Assembly (NCBI GenBank): GCA_021776775.1
Contig: JAJFFE010000316.1
Coordinates: forward strand, 617 to 64,616
Source of the DNA: Planctomycetota bacterium
GTDB lineage: Bacteria; Planctomycetota; UBA8108; UBA1146; JAJFFE01
DNA: 64,000 nucleotides
Direction of reading: 5' to 3'
Shown here: piece after piece, positions 28,277 through 38,611 of the stretch
Position numbering within the stretch: position 1 is the first letter of the stretch
Layout of the letters: each line of letters opens with the position of its first letter
The notes under the pieces: model-generated
Databases searched by the model: none
Told to the model about the DNA's origin: nothing
The model's input: the letters and a program-made list of their open reading frames with translations, nothing else
Program-made: the position numbers and the translations under genes

Positions 28277-30910
28277 TCATAGTTCGATCACCCGCGAAAG
28301 GTTCGGCGCGCCCCCGGTTCTCGCGCGCAGGTCTTCGATGACTTTCCACCGTTCAGTTCCAGGTTCGCCAACTCCGACGGAATAGACTCCCGCGTCGTAC
28401 ACGCCGACGTCGAACTCGGGGTACTGTTCTCGGATCGTGTAGATGATCTTCCCTTCGGCGTTCTTGATCTGAACGACAGGGTTCTCCATTCCGCGGACCA
28501 CGAAGCGCGTCAACCAGTGCGTCGGTTTGGGACCGTTGTCGCGCTGCTGGATGGTGATGGGCCAACCGTCGTACGGCTTGGCGTCGTCGCCGGTGACGTC
28601 GACCCAGCGGGGCCAATTGGTGAACGTGACCGCGCGTTTGCTCTTGTCGAACTCTGCAATTCCGAAACCTGGGGCTCGGTCGTTGATGGCGTGCGGAGGC
28701 TTCGGGGCAATGTGCGGGTTCGATACCGCGTGAACAGTCATGCGATTGCCGAATCCGTCGAGGTAGTCACCGCTGTAACGCGGGGAGCCTTCCGCGCGAT
28801 TGCCGCCCGGTTGCGACGGAAACCAGCGACGCGGCCACACGTTGGCGACCGACGGGACGCAGAGGGCGAAGCCTGCGTCGCGAAAGCTGTCGACGCCGTA
28901 TTGAATGGTGCTACCGAGGTGCTGATCGCCAGCGATGTGCACGGCGAACCCGCGACGCATGCGATCGACGGCGGCGTTGCGTTTACTCTGCGGCCAGCTA
29001 TTCGAATCGAAGTCGGTCACCGGGACTTCATGGTCTGGATAGCCGCCGAGCGGCCACACCTTGAGTCGCGGGGTGACAGCGTCGTTGTCCGCCGGCGGGG
29101 GGAGCGTCGCGACGTTGGCAAAGATCGTCTGTGAGCAGACGCACTTCATCTCAGCGCCGCCCGACCAGTCATTGGCCCACGACTCCAAGAAGTCGAGCTG
29201 CCGTTGCCCGAGGAGGACCGCTTCCTTGGCGTCCGCCTTGGCGCGGATTTCCGCTTGGGTCATGTCGAACTCAGGGTTCTTGATCCAACCGTTCACGATC
29301 CTCGCCTCGGGAAGCACGACTGAGGGCGCCGACTTCCACTTGCGATCTTCGAGCACCGCGAAGCTGATTCCGCCGTACAGCACGTCACAGTAGTAGACGC
29401 CGATGCCTTGAGCGACCGGGGTCGGGTCAGGGGAGTCGGGCATGTGGCTGGTCTGAGTCCGTTGAACGACGTTGACCCAGGTGGCCGGCATGCGGTATCC
29501 ACCGTTGTCGGTCGCGTACCCTTCGGCGATACGCTTCTCGATACTGATACCACCGGCGCCCCAAATGTTTCCGTGGTAGACGTCGTGGTCATCGGTCATA
29601 GCCAGGCTTGGCGTGTTGCGAAGGAGCTCGCCGTATTCCCAGCCGTAGATCATCCACTTTCGCAAGTAGTCGAGCGTGGCCGTCGCGAGTGGCTTGCGCT
29701 GGATTCCGTACTCTCCGACACGTTCGTACAGTTGGTCCCCGGTGAACACGAGCATGTCGGGCCGAAAGTGCTGAACGTTACGAACAATGTCGGCGTGCGG
29801 GAAGCCGAGATCGTTGTTCCCGGTGAACGCGGCGACGACGATCTTCGCTTGGTCCTTGGGGTCGGGTCGTATCGTGCCTTCGTATGTGAACGTTTTCGGA
29901 CTCTTGCGACCGGCACTCAGTTCGAAGCGAACGCGATAGCGGGTTGGCTTCGTTCGCGCGTAGCCTTCGACGCGGAACGTTGCCGTGCACGCAAGCGGGT
30001 CTCGCTGGGCGGTTGCGACCGGCGACCACGACTCTCCGTCGAAGAGGTCGAGGTGCGCCACCACACCGTCGGCGCCGACCGGCGGCAGTTGTGCCGTGAG
30101 CTTGAGCGAGCCTCGACTCAGGGTGTGTTGGGTGAAGAAGATCGGCCCGAACGTTCGCTCGGCGTGCTCCAAGATGCCGAGCCCGCTGACACGGAAGTCG
30201 CGAAACCAGAATCGCATAGCCCCGCCGCGTTTCGTACGCGGCTTGCCGCCCCATTGCGGATCGACGACGTTGCCCAGGGCGATCGGCGTCTCTACCAGTT
30301 TCGCCGATGAGCAGACCAGGGCTATGCCGCCGTCGAGCGCGCCGCCATCGAGGTCGCGACGGTCGACCGTGACCGGTGCGCCATCTTCGTTCTGCGCGAT
30401 CAACGTCAGTAGGCAGCGGTCGCCTTCGATCGGCATGGCGGTGAGCTTCAAGCTAAACGGAGAGCTCGTGTCGATGCGCAGAGGGTTTTCCGAAGGGGCG
30501 TCACTCGGAGGCTTTCCGAGGAAGGCTACGCCAGTCGGAGTGACGCCGCAGTTGAGCCCGAACCCTCGCACTGCGCTGTCGCGATAGTCGTCGAAGTATC
30601 CACGGACGCCGATGCGAAAGCCGACCCAGCCGAGCGGCTTCTCCTTCGCGTCGAGCGGACCGCAGTCCACCGACAATTCGAACCCGGCCGCACTGTTCTC
30701 GATCGAATGCGTGAGCAGGTAGACGTTGCGGTCTCCTCCCGCCACGTGGCATTCGATTCGTCCGCCGTTCAACTGCCAGTCTTGGAGGGGGTTCGCCCAG
30801 AACTCGGGGCCGATCCAAGGACGTTGCGTCTCGGGGAGCTCGCTTTGATAGTCGTCGGCCACGGCGGGGGTGGCCGCGAGGACGGCGAGCATGATCCAAG
30901 TCGATCTCAT
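28277..30910 (-). CDS. Secreted PhoD-like metallophosphoesterase with N-terminal beta-sandwich domain
   Basis: Signal peptide (AVA-DD); FTGDQLYE, DDHDV, EDR.WK, LLGQRQLDFL, GDQH. Confidence 0.8.
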   Translation of the reverse strand: MRSTWIMLAVLAATPAVADDYQSELPETQRPWIGPEFWANPLQDWQLNGGRIECHVAGGDRNVYLLTHSIENSAAGFELSVDCGPLDAKEKPLGWVGFRIGVRGYFDDYRDSAVRGFGLNCGVTPTGVAFLGKPPSDAPSENPLRIDTSSPFSLKLTAMPIEGDRCLLTLIAQNEDGAPVTVDRRDLDGGALDGGIALVCSSAKLVETPIALGNVVDPQWGGKPRTKRGGAMRFWFRDFRVSGLGILEHAERTFGPIFFTQHTLSRGSLKLTAQLPPVGADGVVAHLDLFDGESWSPVATAQRDPLACTATFRVEGYARTKPTRYRVRFELSAGRKSPKTFTYEGTIRPDPKDQAKIVVAAFTGNNDLGFPHADIVRNVQHFRPDMLVFTGDQLYERVGEYGIQRKPLATATLDYLRKWMIYGWEYGELLRNTPSLAMTDDHDVYHGNIWGAGGISIEKRIAEGYATDNGGYRMPATWVNVVQRTQTSHMPDSPDPTPVAQGIGVYYCDVLYGGISFAVLEDRKWKSAPSVVLPEARIVNGWIKNPEFDMTQAEIRAKADAKEAVLLGQRQLDFLESWANDWSGGAEMKCVCSQTIFANVATLPPPADNDAVTPRLKVWPLGGYPDHEVPVTDFDSNSWPQSKRNAAVDRMRRGFAVHIAGDQHLGSTIQYGVDSFRDAGFALCVPSVANVWPRRWFPSQPGGNRAEGSPRYSGDYLDGFGNRMTVHAVSNPHIAPKPPHAINDRAPGFGIAEFDKSKRAVTFTNWPRWVDVTGDDAKPYDGWPITIQQRDNGPKPTHWLTRFVVRGMENPVVQIKNAEGKIIYTIREQYPEFDVGVYDAGVYSVGVGEPGTERWKVIEDLRARTGGAPNLSRVIEL

Positions 30911-31085
30911 GCGAAGTCCTGATTCATCTCGTGAATGGGTGTCAAGAGTAGGCACAGTTTGACCGAGTTCGCGCATCCGCGACAGGGATCATCACGGAGG
31001 TCGGGCTGCTCTCGCTCTGGCTTACATCGCGTGGGTCGGCTATACGTCAGGCGTGTCTCGGAGTCTGGCCCTCGAAGGAGCGATC

Positions 31086-31634
31086 ATGATTTGGGTTTGG
31101 ATCGTCATTGGCGCCCTGGCGGCGTTGATCATCGTGCCGGTCGTGATCGGCCTTTTTCTTCCCGAAGTCTACGTCGGCCAAGCAGACCGCCGATTTGAGT
31201 GGACGCCCGAAGAAGTGTGGGCGGCAATCCATGACGCGGCGAAGAACCCGGTGAGTGGACGCCAGTGTCGAGGTGTGGAATCCGCGGGTGACAGCGTCGA
31301 ACTTCCGTCCGGGCCAAACGATCGCGATGAGTCGAGCCTACCGAACTGGATCGAAGACATGGGCTCCACCAAGATCACCGTGACGACCATCGAGAGCGAT
31401 CGTCCCAAACGGGTGGTGCGACACTTCAAGGACTCCGTCGTCCCTATGACGGCCGAGTCGATCATCACGATCGAAGCCGACGGTGGGGCGACCAAGGTCA
31501 CGGTTGAGAACACGATAACCATCAAGCGCGGCACCTGGCACGTACCGATCTTTCGATTCATGATGACGATCATGAACGGTGCCCGTCGAGGCTGCAGTGA
31601 CTACCTGAAGAATCTCAAACGCCCGAGCGACTGA
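31086..31634 (+). CDS. SRPBCC/START-fold membrane-anchored protein
   Basis: AAGGAG SD; N-terminal TM; PEEVWAAIHD...P.RVV...GGATKVTVE pattern. Confidence 0.75.
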   Translation: MIWVWIVIGALAALIIVPVVIGLFLPEVYVGQADRRFEWTPEEVWAAIHDAAKNPVSGRQCRGVESAGDSVELPSGPNDRDESSLPNWIEDMGSTKITVTTIESDRPKRVVRHFKDSVVPMTAESIITIEADGGATKVTVENTITIKRGTWHVPIFRFMMTIMNGARRGCSDYLKNLKRPSD

Positions 31635-31675
31635 CGCCGATCCGAGTCGTGGGAACGCCGCCCAAGGTTGGCGGG

Positions 31676-31723
31676 AAACAAAAGCGGGCGCGCGAACCGA
31701 GGTCCGCGCGCCCGCTTTTGTTT
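31676..31723. terminator. Bidirectional rho-independent terminator
   Basis: AAACAAAAGCGGGCGCGCG-loop-CGCGCGCCCGCTTTTGTTT between convergent genes. Confidence 0.9.
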
Positions 31724-31739
31724 CAGTCATCGACGAGTC

Positions 31740-34700
31740 TTAGGGACAGGTGTACTCGAGACACGTCTCGCCACTCGGAGTGGGATCTGGCAGACACTCC
31801 CCGAACGGCGACGGTGGAGCCGCTCCGTCGAGGAAAATGTACTGCAGCATGTAGATCACGTCCCCGAGGTCGACCATGCCGTCATCGTTGTGGTCGCACG
31901 CGGAGAGGCAGCTGCTCACCGGGAAACCCTGGAACGTGAACCGCATGATCTTGATGGCGTCGGCCATGTTGACGATGCCATCCGAGTTGCAGTCACCGCG
32001 AATGAACGCCGGATCCGGATCGGGGTCGACCATGACCGTAGCGATCTGGCTCGTCACCGAACCGCACGCGTTCGTGATCACGACTTCGTAGACTCCGGAG
32101 TCCGTCGGCTGCGCGTCGGTGATGGTCAGCGTGGATCCGGTTTCACCCAGGATCTCTAAGCCGTCCAAGAGCCACTGGTACGAGAACGGCCCAGTGCCGT
32201 CGACCGCAACAGTGAGCGTTACCGTTGCGCCGACAGCGAACATGCCACCGACCGGCTGCGCCGTGATCGTCGGCGCTTCGCCGACGGTGACGTTTGCCGA
32301 TCCGCTCGTCACGCTGCCGCAGTCGTTAGAGACGACGACGTCGTAGCTGCCGGCGTCGCTCGCGACTGGACTCGGGATATCGAACGACGACATCGTCGCG
32401 CCCGGAATATCCACGCCGTCGCGGCGCCACTGGTACGTGAACGGACTCGAGCCCGACGCGGTCACCGACATGCTGATCGGATCGCCTTCGCAGACATCCG
32501 CGTCGGCCGGGTCGGTCACGCTCGGAGGAGTGAGAACCGAGAGGTTCCCGCCGCCGCTGGTGACGGTTCCACATGCATTCGACACTTCGACCGTGTAGTT
32601 GCCGGCGTCGGCCGTGGCGGCCGCGGCCACGTCGAACGACGCGCTCGTGGCGCCCGCGATCGGTGAGCCGTCGACGAACCACTGGTACGACAGCGGAGCA
32701 CTGCCGGCGGCCGCGACCGAGAACGACGCCGACATGCCTTCGCACGTCGTCTCGTCCTGCGGATCGGCGGTGATCGTCGGTGCGGTTTGCACGACGAGCG
32801 ACGCGGGGTCACTGGTCGCCGAACCACAATCGTTGCTCACCGTCACCGAGAAGTCCCCAGCGTCCGCGGTCGAGACCGAGGCGATGGTATAGGAGCTACT
32901 CGTGGCGCCCGGGATCGCGGTGCCGTTCATCAACCATTGGAAGGTGAGAGGCGCGTCTCCCGAAGCGGTCGCGGTGAACGTTGCCGAGTCGCCTTCGCAG
33001 GCGGTGACGTCGTCCGGGCTCGCCACGATTTCGGCCCGAGCTTGCACCACGAGAGTGGCGCCCATGCTCGTCGCCGTTCCACAGACATTCGTGACTTCGA
33101 CGGTGTAGGTACCAGCGTCGCCAACTGTCGTGGCGGGGATCATGTACGAGTCGCCGGTCGCACCGGGGATCATGGCGCCGTTCATGAACCACTGATACGT
33201 CAGGGGAGCGGTGCCGGTCGCGGTGACCGAAAAGCTCGCGCTATCACCGGAACATGCGGTTGCCGAACTCGGCTGCGACGTGATTGCCGCCGCCGTGTCG
33301 ACCGTCAACGTCGCGGCGCCGCTGGTCGCGGTACCGCAGTCGTTGGTGACCGTGACCGTGTAGCTTCCCGCGTCGCCTGCCGCCATGGCAGCGATGAGGT
33401 AGGAGTCGCTCGTGGCACCAGGAATCGCGGCTCCGTCGAGGAACCACTGGTACGTCAGCGGCGCGTCGCCACTGGCCGTGACCATGAACGTCGCCGAGTC
33501 GCCTTCGCAACCCGTGACGCTCGCCGGTCCCGTGACGATCGCCGCCGCCACCCCGACCGTCAGAGTTGCGCCGACGCTAGTGGCGCTACCGCACGCGTTG
33601 GTGACTTCGACGGAGTAGTTGCCGGCGTCACCGACAGCCGCAGCCGCGATCATGTAGGTCGCCGACGTGGCACCGGGGATCGCGGTTCCGTCCTTCGACC
33701 ATTGGTACGACAGCGGTGCGGTCCCGGTCGCGGTGACCGAGAAGGTGACGCTGTCACCCTCGCACGAGGTCGAGCCTAAGGGTTGGGAGGTGATTTCCGG
33801 GGCGGTGTCGACCGTCAACGTGGCGGCGTCGCTGATTGCGGTTCCGCAATCGTTCTCGACCGACACGGAGTAACTTCCGGCGTCACCGAGCGCGGCGGAT
33901 GCGATCGAGTACGTGCTACCCGTCGCACCCGGAACGGCGATTCCGTCCTTGAACCACTGAAAGAGTAGTGGAGCGTCGCCCGTGGCGGTCACGGCGAAGC
34001 TTGCCATGTCGCCTTCGCAGACCGAGGTAGAGCTGGGCTGAGCGGTGATCGCCGGTGCGATTTCGACCGTCAGCACGGCGCCCGAGCTGGTCGCTGTGCC
34101 GCAGTTGTTCGACACTTCTACCGAGTAGGTACCCGCGTCGGAAACGGCGGCGCCGGCCAGCGTGAACGCGCTGCCGGTCGCACCAGGAATCGCAGTGCCG
34201 TCCTTGAACCATTGGTACATGAGCGGTGCGCTGCCGGTCGCGGTGATCGAGAAGGAAGCCGAGTCGCCTTCGCACACCGTGCTCGACAGTGGGTCGCTCG
34301 TGATGGCCGGCGCAGTTTCGACAACGAGCACCGCGGCGGTCGACGTGGCCGACCCGCAGTCGTTGGTCGCAGTGACCGAGTAGCTACCCGCGTCACCGGT
34401 CGCCGCCGATGCGATCGTGAACGAATTCATGGTGGCGCCCGGAATGGTGCTGCCGTCCTTCGACCACTGGTACGAGATCGGATCGCTGCCGGACGCCGTC
34501 ACACTGAACGTCACCGAGTCGCCGGCGCAGACGGTGCCGCCGGCTGGGTTCGCGGTGATCTCCGCGGCGGTGCGCACGGTGAGCAACGCGCCCGCGCTGG
34601 TCGCGGAGCCACAGTCGTTCGTGACCGTCGCCGAGTAGACGCCTGCGTCTGACGGCGAGCTGCTCATGACCGTCAAGCTGCTCGAGGTTGCGCCAGGGAT

Positions 34701-36929
34701 AGCCGTGCCGTCTTTCGACCACTGGTATGACAGCGGGCCGCTGCCGCTCGCCGTGATCGAGAAGGTGGCGGCGTCGCCTTCGCACACCGTCATGTCCGAC
34801 GGATCGACGTCGATCACGGGAGGCGTGCGAACGGTGAGGTCGGCGGCGCTACTCGTCACCGAGCCGCACTCGTTGGCGACAGTGACGGTGTAGGAGCCGG
34901 CATCCGCGACGGAGGCCGTCGCGATGCTGAACGACGTGTTCGTCGCTCCGGGAATCGCGCTACCGTTGAAGTTCCATTGGTAGGTCAGCGGTGTGCTGCC
35001 GGTCGCGGTGACGGTGACCGTGACCGAATCGTCTTCGCACACCGTTTGAGATTGCGGTTGGGCGGTGATAGCCGCCGGAGTCCGAACGGTGATCGCCACG
35101 CCGGACGACGTCGCGCTGCCGCAGCTGTTGGTTGCCACGATGTCGTAGGTGCCGGAATCGCCGACGCCGACCGACGCGATGGTGAACGAGCTGCCGGTCG
35201 CGCCGGGAATTGCGGAGCCGTTGCGTCGCCACTGCAGGGTGATCGGTGCCGATCCGTCGACCGTAGCCATGAACGTGACCGAGCTGCCTTGGCAAGGCGT
35301 CATCGAGTCGACGGACACTTGCACGATGGTCGGCGCGACTTCGACCGTGAGTACGGCCGCTTCGCTGGTGTCGCTACCGCAGCCGTTCGTCACGACGGCG
35401 TCGTAGCTGCCGGCGTTCGCTTCGGTCACTCCAGTCAAGCTCAGCGTGGTGCCGGTTTCGCCGGAGATCGGACTGCCGTTCTTGCGCCACTGAATGGTCG
35501 GTGCCGGGTCACCCGTCACCGAGACGGTGAAACTGACGTCACTGCCAACACACACGGTCTGATCGTCAGGGTCACTGACCGTTGGCGTGGTTTGCACGGT
35601 CAACGCGGCCGGCGCGCTGGTGAGCGTGACGCACGGGTTGGTGACCACGACGTCGTAGGTTCCTCCGTTGGAACTCGTCGCGGCACCGATAGTGAAGGTG
35701 GAGCTCGTCGCGCCCGGGATCGCCACGCCATCTTTGCGCCACTGATACGTGATCGTGGCGGTGCCGCTGGCATCGACGGAGAACGACACGGAATCGCCTT
35801 CGCAGACCGTCTGGTCGTTCGGCTGGGTATCGATCTGGCCCGAGCAGACGACGTGAATGATCGGGTCGCAGACGGTGTCGCCACCGAACTCGTCAGTAAC
35901 GTGGTACCAGAACGGGTGCGTTCCGATATCGGCCGCGGTCGGCGTCCACGTGAAGACGCTCGAGGTGCTAGTGCCGGGGCTGGAGTCGAGCGGCAGCGCC
36001 GGAGTGTGAACCGCGCCGGCCGGGAGACCGATCTCGGTGATGACCACGGACGCGTCGTAAGTGGTCGACTCTCCGTAGACGGTGAAGGTCAGGGTCTGAC
36101 CGACCTCGACGGTGTATTCCTCGCCGCCCGCGACCGGCACGCCGGCGGGGGTGAGTTCACAGATGGGCGGGGTGACGGGAGGTGTTGCCTCGAAGACGAT
36201 TCCGTCGATACCACCGGAGCCGTCGAGTTCGACTTCCATGCGGTGAACGCCGGAGACGCCCACGCCAGCTGCGCCGATGGTATGAATTCGGACGCCATTG
36301 CAACCCGTCGCTCCGAGTGAGAACGCTGCGATCAGGCTACCGGAGGAATCGTAGAGACGCGCCGTGCCGGGCGCTTCGGATGCTTCACCATCGATCGTCG
36401 TGATTTCGAAGATGGTGATGTCTGTCGGGACGAACGGCGCGGTGATCGTCGAAAAGTCGAAGTCGAAGATCATGTCCGATTGGGCGGCGTCGTCCGGGTC
36501 GTCGACGAAGCCGTCGGCGGGCGACGTGTCGACCAAGTCTTCCGCGAAGATCAGGATCTTACCGAGGGGGAAACTGTTCTCGAACGGCTGGCCCATCTCA
36601 CCCGCGGGACCCATGCCCGGTCCGCCGAACGTGTTGTTCGGTGAGCCGAGGTCGAAGTCTCCGCCGGTGGGGTTGGAGCTGTCGAAGATCAAAGCTCGGT
36701 TGGTGCCGGGATCACTTGGGATCGAGCCGTCGAGCCCGATCGGACCGACCGCAGTGCCGGCCGCGTCGCCGTCCACGGACGAAACCACTTCACCGGTGCT
36801 ATGGCTCTCGAAGTCGATGACCGCGGTCACGCCTTGTGCGCTAGCGGTCCGTGTCCCAAACGCCATCGATAGTGCCACGGCAGCGATGGAAAGCCATCGC
36901 AGACCGGTGGCAACGGGTGCGTTCTGCAC
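31740..36929 (-). CDS. Large secreted adhesin-like protein: N-terminal beta domain, 15 Ig-like repeats, C-terminal dockerin-like domain
   Basis: Signal peptide (ASA-Q); 15 repeats of ~85 aa (IT.QP...C.G...F.V.A.G..P..YQW..DG..IPGAT...DAG.Y.V.V.N.CG); FIRGDCNSDG...CP tail; GAGGGG SD before GTG 36929. Confidence 0.9.
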   Translation of the reverse strand: MQNAPVATGLRWLSIAAVALSMAFGTRTASAQGVTAVIDFESHSTGEVVSSVDGDAAGTAVGPIGLDGSIPSDPGTNRALIFDSSNPTGGDFDLGSPNNTFGGPGMGPAGEMGQPFENSFPLGKILIFAEDLVDTSPADGFVDDPDDAAQSDMIFDFDFSTITAPFVPTDITIFEITTIDGEASEAPGTARLYDSSGSLIAAFSLGATGCNGVRIHTIGAAGVGVSGVHRMEVELDGSGGIDGIVFEATPPVTPPICELTPAGVPVAGGEEYTVEVGQTLTFTVYGESTTYDASVVITEIGLPAGAVHTPALPLDSSPGTSTSSVFTWTPTAADIGTHPFWYHVTDEFGGDTVCDPIIHVVCSGQIDTQPNDQTVCEGDSVSFSVDASGTATITYQWRKDGVAIPGATSSTFTIGAATSSNGGTYDVVVTNPCVTLTSAPAALTVQTTPTVSDPDDQTVCVGSDVSFTVSVTGDPAPTIQWRKNGSPISGETGTTLSLTGVTEANAGSYDAVVTNGCGSDTSEAAVLTVEVAPTIVQVSVDSMTPCQGSSVTFMATVDGSAPITLQWRRNGSAIPGATGSSFTIASVGVGDSGTYDIVATNSCGSATSSGVAITVRTPAAITAQPQSQTVCEDDSVTVTVTATGSTPLTYQWNFNGSAIPGATNTSFSIATASVADAGSYTVTVANECGSVTSSAADLTVRTPPVIDVDPSDMTVCEGDAATFSITASGSGPLSYQWSKDGTAIPGATSSSLTVMSSSPSDAGVYSATVTNDCGSATSAGALLTVRTAAEITANPAGGTVCAGDSVTFSVTASGSDPISYQWSKDGSTIPGATMNSFTIASAATGDAGSYSVTATNDCGSATSTAAVLVVETAPAITSDPLSSTVCEGDSASFSITATGSAPLMYQWFKDGTAIPGATGSAFTLAGAAVSDAGTYSVEVSNNCGTATSSGAVLTVEIAPAITAQPSSTSVCEGDMASFAVTATGDAPLLFQWFKDGIAVPGATGSTYSIASAALGDAGSYSVSVENDCGTAISDAATLTVDTAPEITSQPLGSTSCEGDSVTFSVTATGTAPLSYQWSKDGTAIPGATSATYMIAAAAVGDAGNYSVEVTNACGSATSVGATLTVGVAAAIVTGPASVTGCEGDSATFMVTASGDAPLTYQWFLDGAAIPGATSDSYLIAAMAAGDAGSYTVTVTNDCGTATSGAATLTVDTAAAITSQPSSATACSGDSASFSVTATGTAPLTYQWFMNGAMIPGATGDSYMIPATTVGDAGTYTVEVTNVCGTATSMGATLVVQARAEIVASPDDVTACEGDSATFTATASGDAPLTFQWLMNGTAIPGATSSSYTIASVSTADAGDFSVTVSNDCGSATSDPASLVVQTAPTITADPQDETTCEGMSASFSVAAAGSAPLSYQWFVDGSPIAGATSASFDVAAAATADAGNYTVEVSNACGTVTSGGGNLSVLTPPSVTDPADADVCEGDPISMSVTASGSSPFTYQWRRDGVDIPGATMSSFDIPSPVASDAGSYDVVVSNDCGSVTSGSANVTVGEAPTITAQPVGGMFAVGATVTLTVAVDGTGPFSYQWLLDGLEILGETGSTLTITDAQPTDSGVYEVVITNACGSVTSQIATVMVDPDPDPAFIRGDCNSDGIVNMADAIKIMRFTFQGFPVSSCLSACDHNDDGMVDLGDVIYMLQYIFLDGAAPPSPFGECLPDPTPSGETCLEYTCP
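32025..35840 (-). repeat. Intragenic tandem repeat array (~255-nt period, 15 Ig-like units)
   Basis: 15 QW motifs counted in the translation; recurring ccactggta/ccattggta DNA motif at ~255-nt spacing. Confidence 0.9.
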
Positions 36930-37234
36930 TGTAATCCCCCTCGATTTTTTCAGCGGTTTTGAGCCCGAGGCAGCGCCCGCCCACACGAACAAAGCGAAAA
37001 GTAGGGCGCTGACTCTATTTCTGTTTCTCTGCGCCCACCTTCCGGAATTCCGCCACTCTCATCAATGGGTTACTTCCGTTGGCTCGCGATTCGGAGACGC
37101 GCGCTTGGCCTTAAGTGTTGAAAGAGTTGTGTTTTGTGGACGAGTTTCACGGTCGTAGCCGAAACCGGTGTGCGTAGGAAAACCCATCCGTACGGAGCCG
37201 CGGTAGCGGTCGTTTCGCAAGAATAGAAAAGCGT

Positions 37235-37287
37235 AAAAAGAAGAAGCGCGCCGTGCCGGGACGTGAGCCCCCGCTCGGACGCGCTTC
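37235..37287 (-). terminator. Intrinsic terminator-like hairpin upstream of the Ig-repeat gene
   Basis: Minus strand GAAGCGCG...CGCGCTTC-TTCTTTTT with an extended inner stem. Confidence 0.6.
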
Positions 37288-37765
37288 GAGCCTACTGCGA
37301 GCCGGAGCCTCCCTGCCTGGAGAACTCCGGCGGACTACGCTGCGACCGTTTTCCCGGACCCGGGAGGTCGAAGCGCATCGACGTTGATCGAGACTGATAC
37401 CGGCTGGGCGGTCCAGCGGGTGGGCTCTCGCAACGACACTTCCTTGACGAAACCGAGAGACGCTCGGAGTCGATTCCTTAGCCGTCGCCGAACACGACCG
37501 CGCGAATCTCGACGACGCCTCAACCACGAATCCGACGGAGGGTCCGCGTGCAAGGTTCTTCGCCGTGCCACAGCCGCCGCGGTTGTGCTGCCGCGAGCCA
37601 GCGATTCGTTCGAATTTCCGGAGTGGCATGCCCAAGCGCCACTTGGAACCTATTCTACCGTTCGACAAATCACGGGCTACCGCGCTCTTCGCAGGTTGCC
37701 GAATCTCTTGTAGATACGACGGGAACGCGAAAGAATCCCGCCCTCGGATAGGGGAGGAATCGCCT

Positions 37766-38611
37766 TTGGCGAATTCGCGCGAACCGCTCACAGTGATCGC
37801 GGCGACATGTAACGAACTCGACCAAGTAGAGCAGTGGTTAGATTTCGTAGGGTTTGCCGATCGAGTCGTGGTGGTCGACACCGGATCCCGCGACGGGACG
37901 GTCGAGCGACTCCGTGCGCATGGAGTCGAGGTCACGACCGTCGACGCTGGCGATACTGAGTCGGTCGGCGCGGTGGTGCATCGCGCGAAGAACCGGGCCA
38001 TCGCCCAGGTCACGCAAGGCTGGATTCTCGATCTCGATCTCGACGAACGGTTACCCGACCGAACCATCGAAGAGATCCAACGAGTCACCACGGCTGACTC
38101 GCCAGTGAACGCCTACGCGATTCCGTTTAGGCACTACGTCTTTGGCCGCTGGTTGAAGTACGGCGGATGGCAAGGTGCCCACCGCAGGCTGTATCGCGCC
38201 GGTCAAGCAACCTACCCAGAAGATCGAGCCCACTCCACGCTCGAGGTCGCGGGAACCATCGGACTCCTCGAGAACGAGGTCGTTCACTTTGCTCACCCGA
38301 CGATCCACGAGTTTTGGGTGAAGATGAATCGCTACACATCTCAAGACGCCCCGCTGTTTGTCGAGCACGGTCGTGGTGGACTGAGGAACCGACCGCGACT
38401 TCCGGTGTCGCGACTTCGTTGGCTTCGAGCGTCCGCTTCGGTATTTTGGAACCGTTACATCAAGGCGGCGGGGTTTCGGGACGGCGTGCCGGGGCTGGTC
38501 GTCGCGGTGATGCTCTCTATGTATACGTTCGTAGAGCAGGTCAAGGCGTGGGAGTACGAAACCCAAGTGTCTGATTCTGACCGAGACGTTTCCTCAGGGG
38601 TGATCGTATGA
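37766..38611 (+). CDS. Glycosyltransferase family 2 (WaaE-like LPS glucosyltransferase)
   Basis: VVVVDTGSRDGT, KN.AI, DLDLDE, KMNRYT, GFRDG..G; GGAGG SD before TTG 37766. Confidence 0.85.
   Translation: MANSREPLTVIAATCNELDQVEQWLDFVGFADRVVVVDTGSRDGTVERLRAHGVEVTTVDAGDTESVGAVVHRAKNRAIAQVTQGWILDLDLDERLPDRTIEEIQRVTTADSPVNAYAIPFRHYVFGRWLKYGGWQGAHRRLYRAGQATYPEDRAHSTLEVAGTIGLLENEVVHFAHPTIHEFWVKMNRYTSQDAPLFVEHGRGGLRNRPRLPVSRLRWLRASASVFWNRYIKAAGFRDGVPGLVVAVMLSMYTFVEQVKAWEYETQVSDSDRDVSSGVIV

Noticed and set aside
32025-35840. Regularly spaced DNA repeats considered as a CRISPR array
   Set aside because: ~255-nt period, degenerate at codon third positions and fully in-frame coding; no cas genes
37335-37500. 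tmRNA-like hint (short ORF ending VAA*, GGAATCGAC upstream)
   Set aside because: No GGGG 5' end and no T-arm/CCA 3' tRNA-like domain
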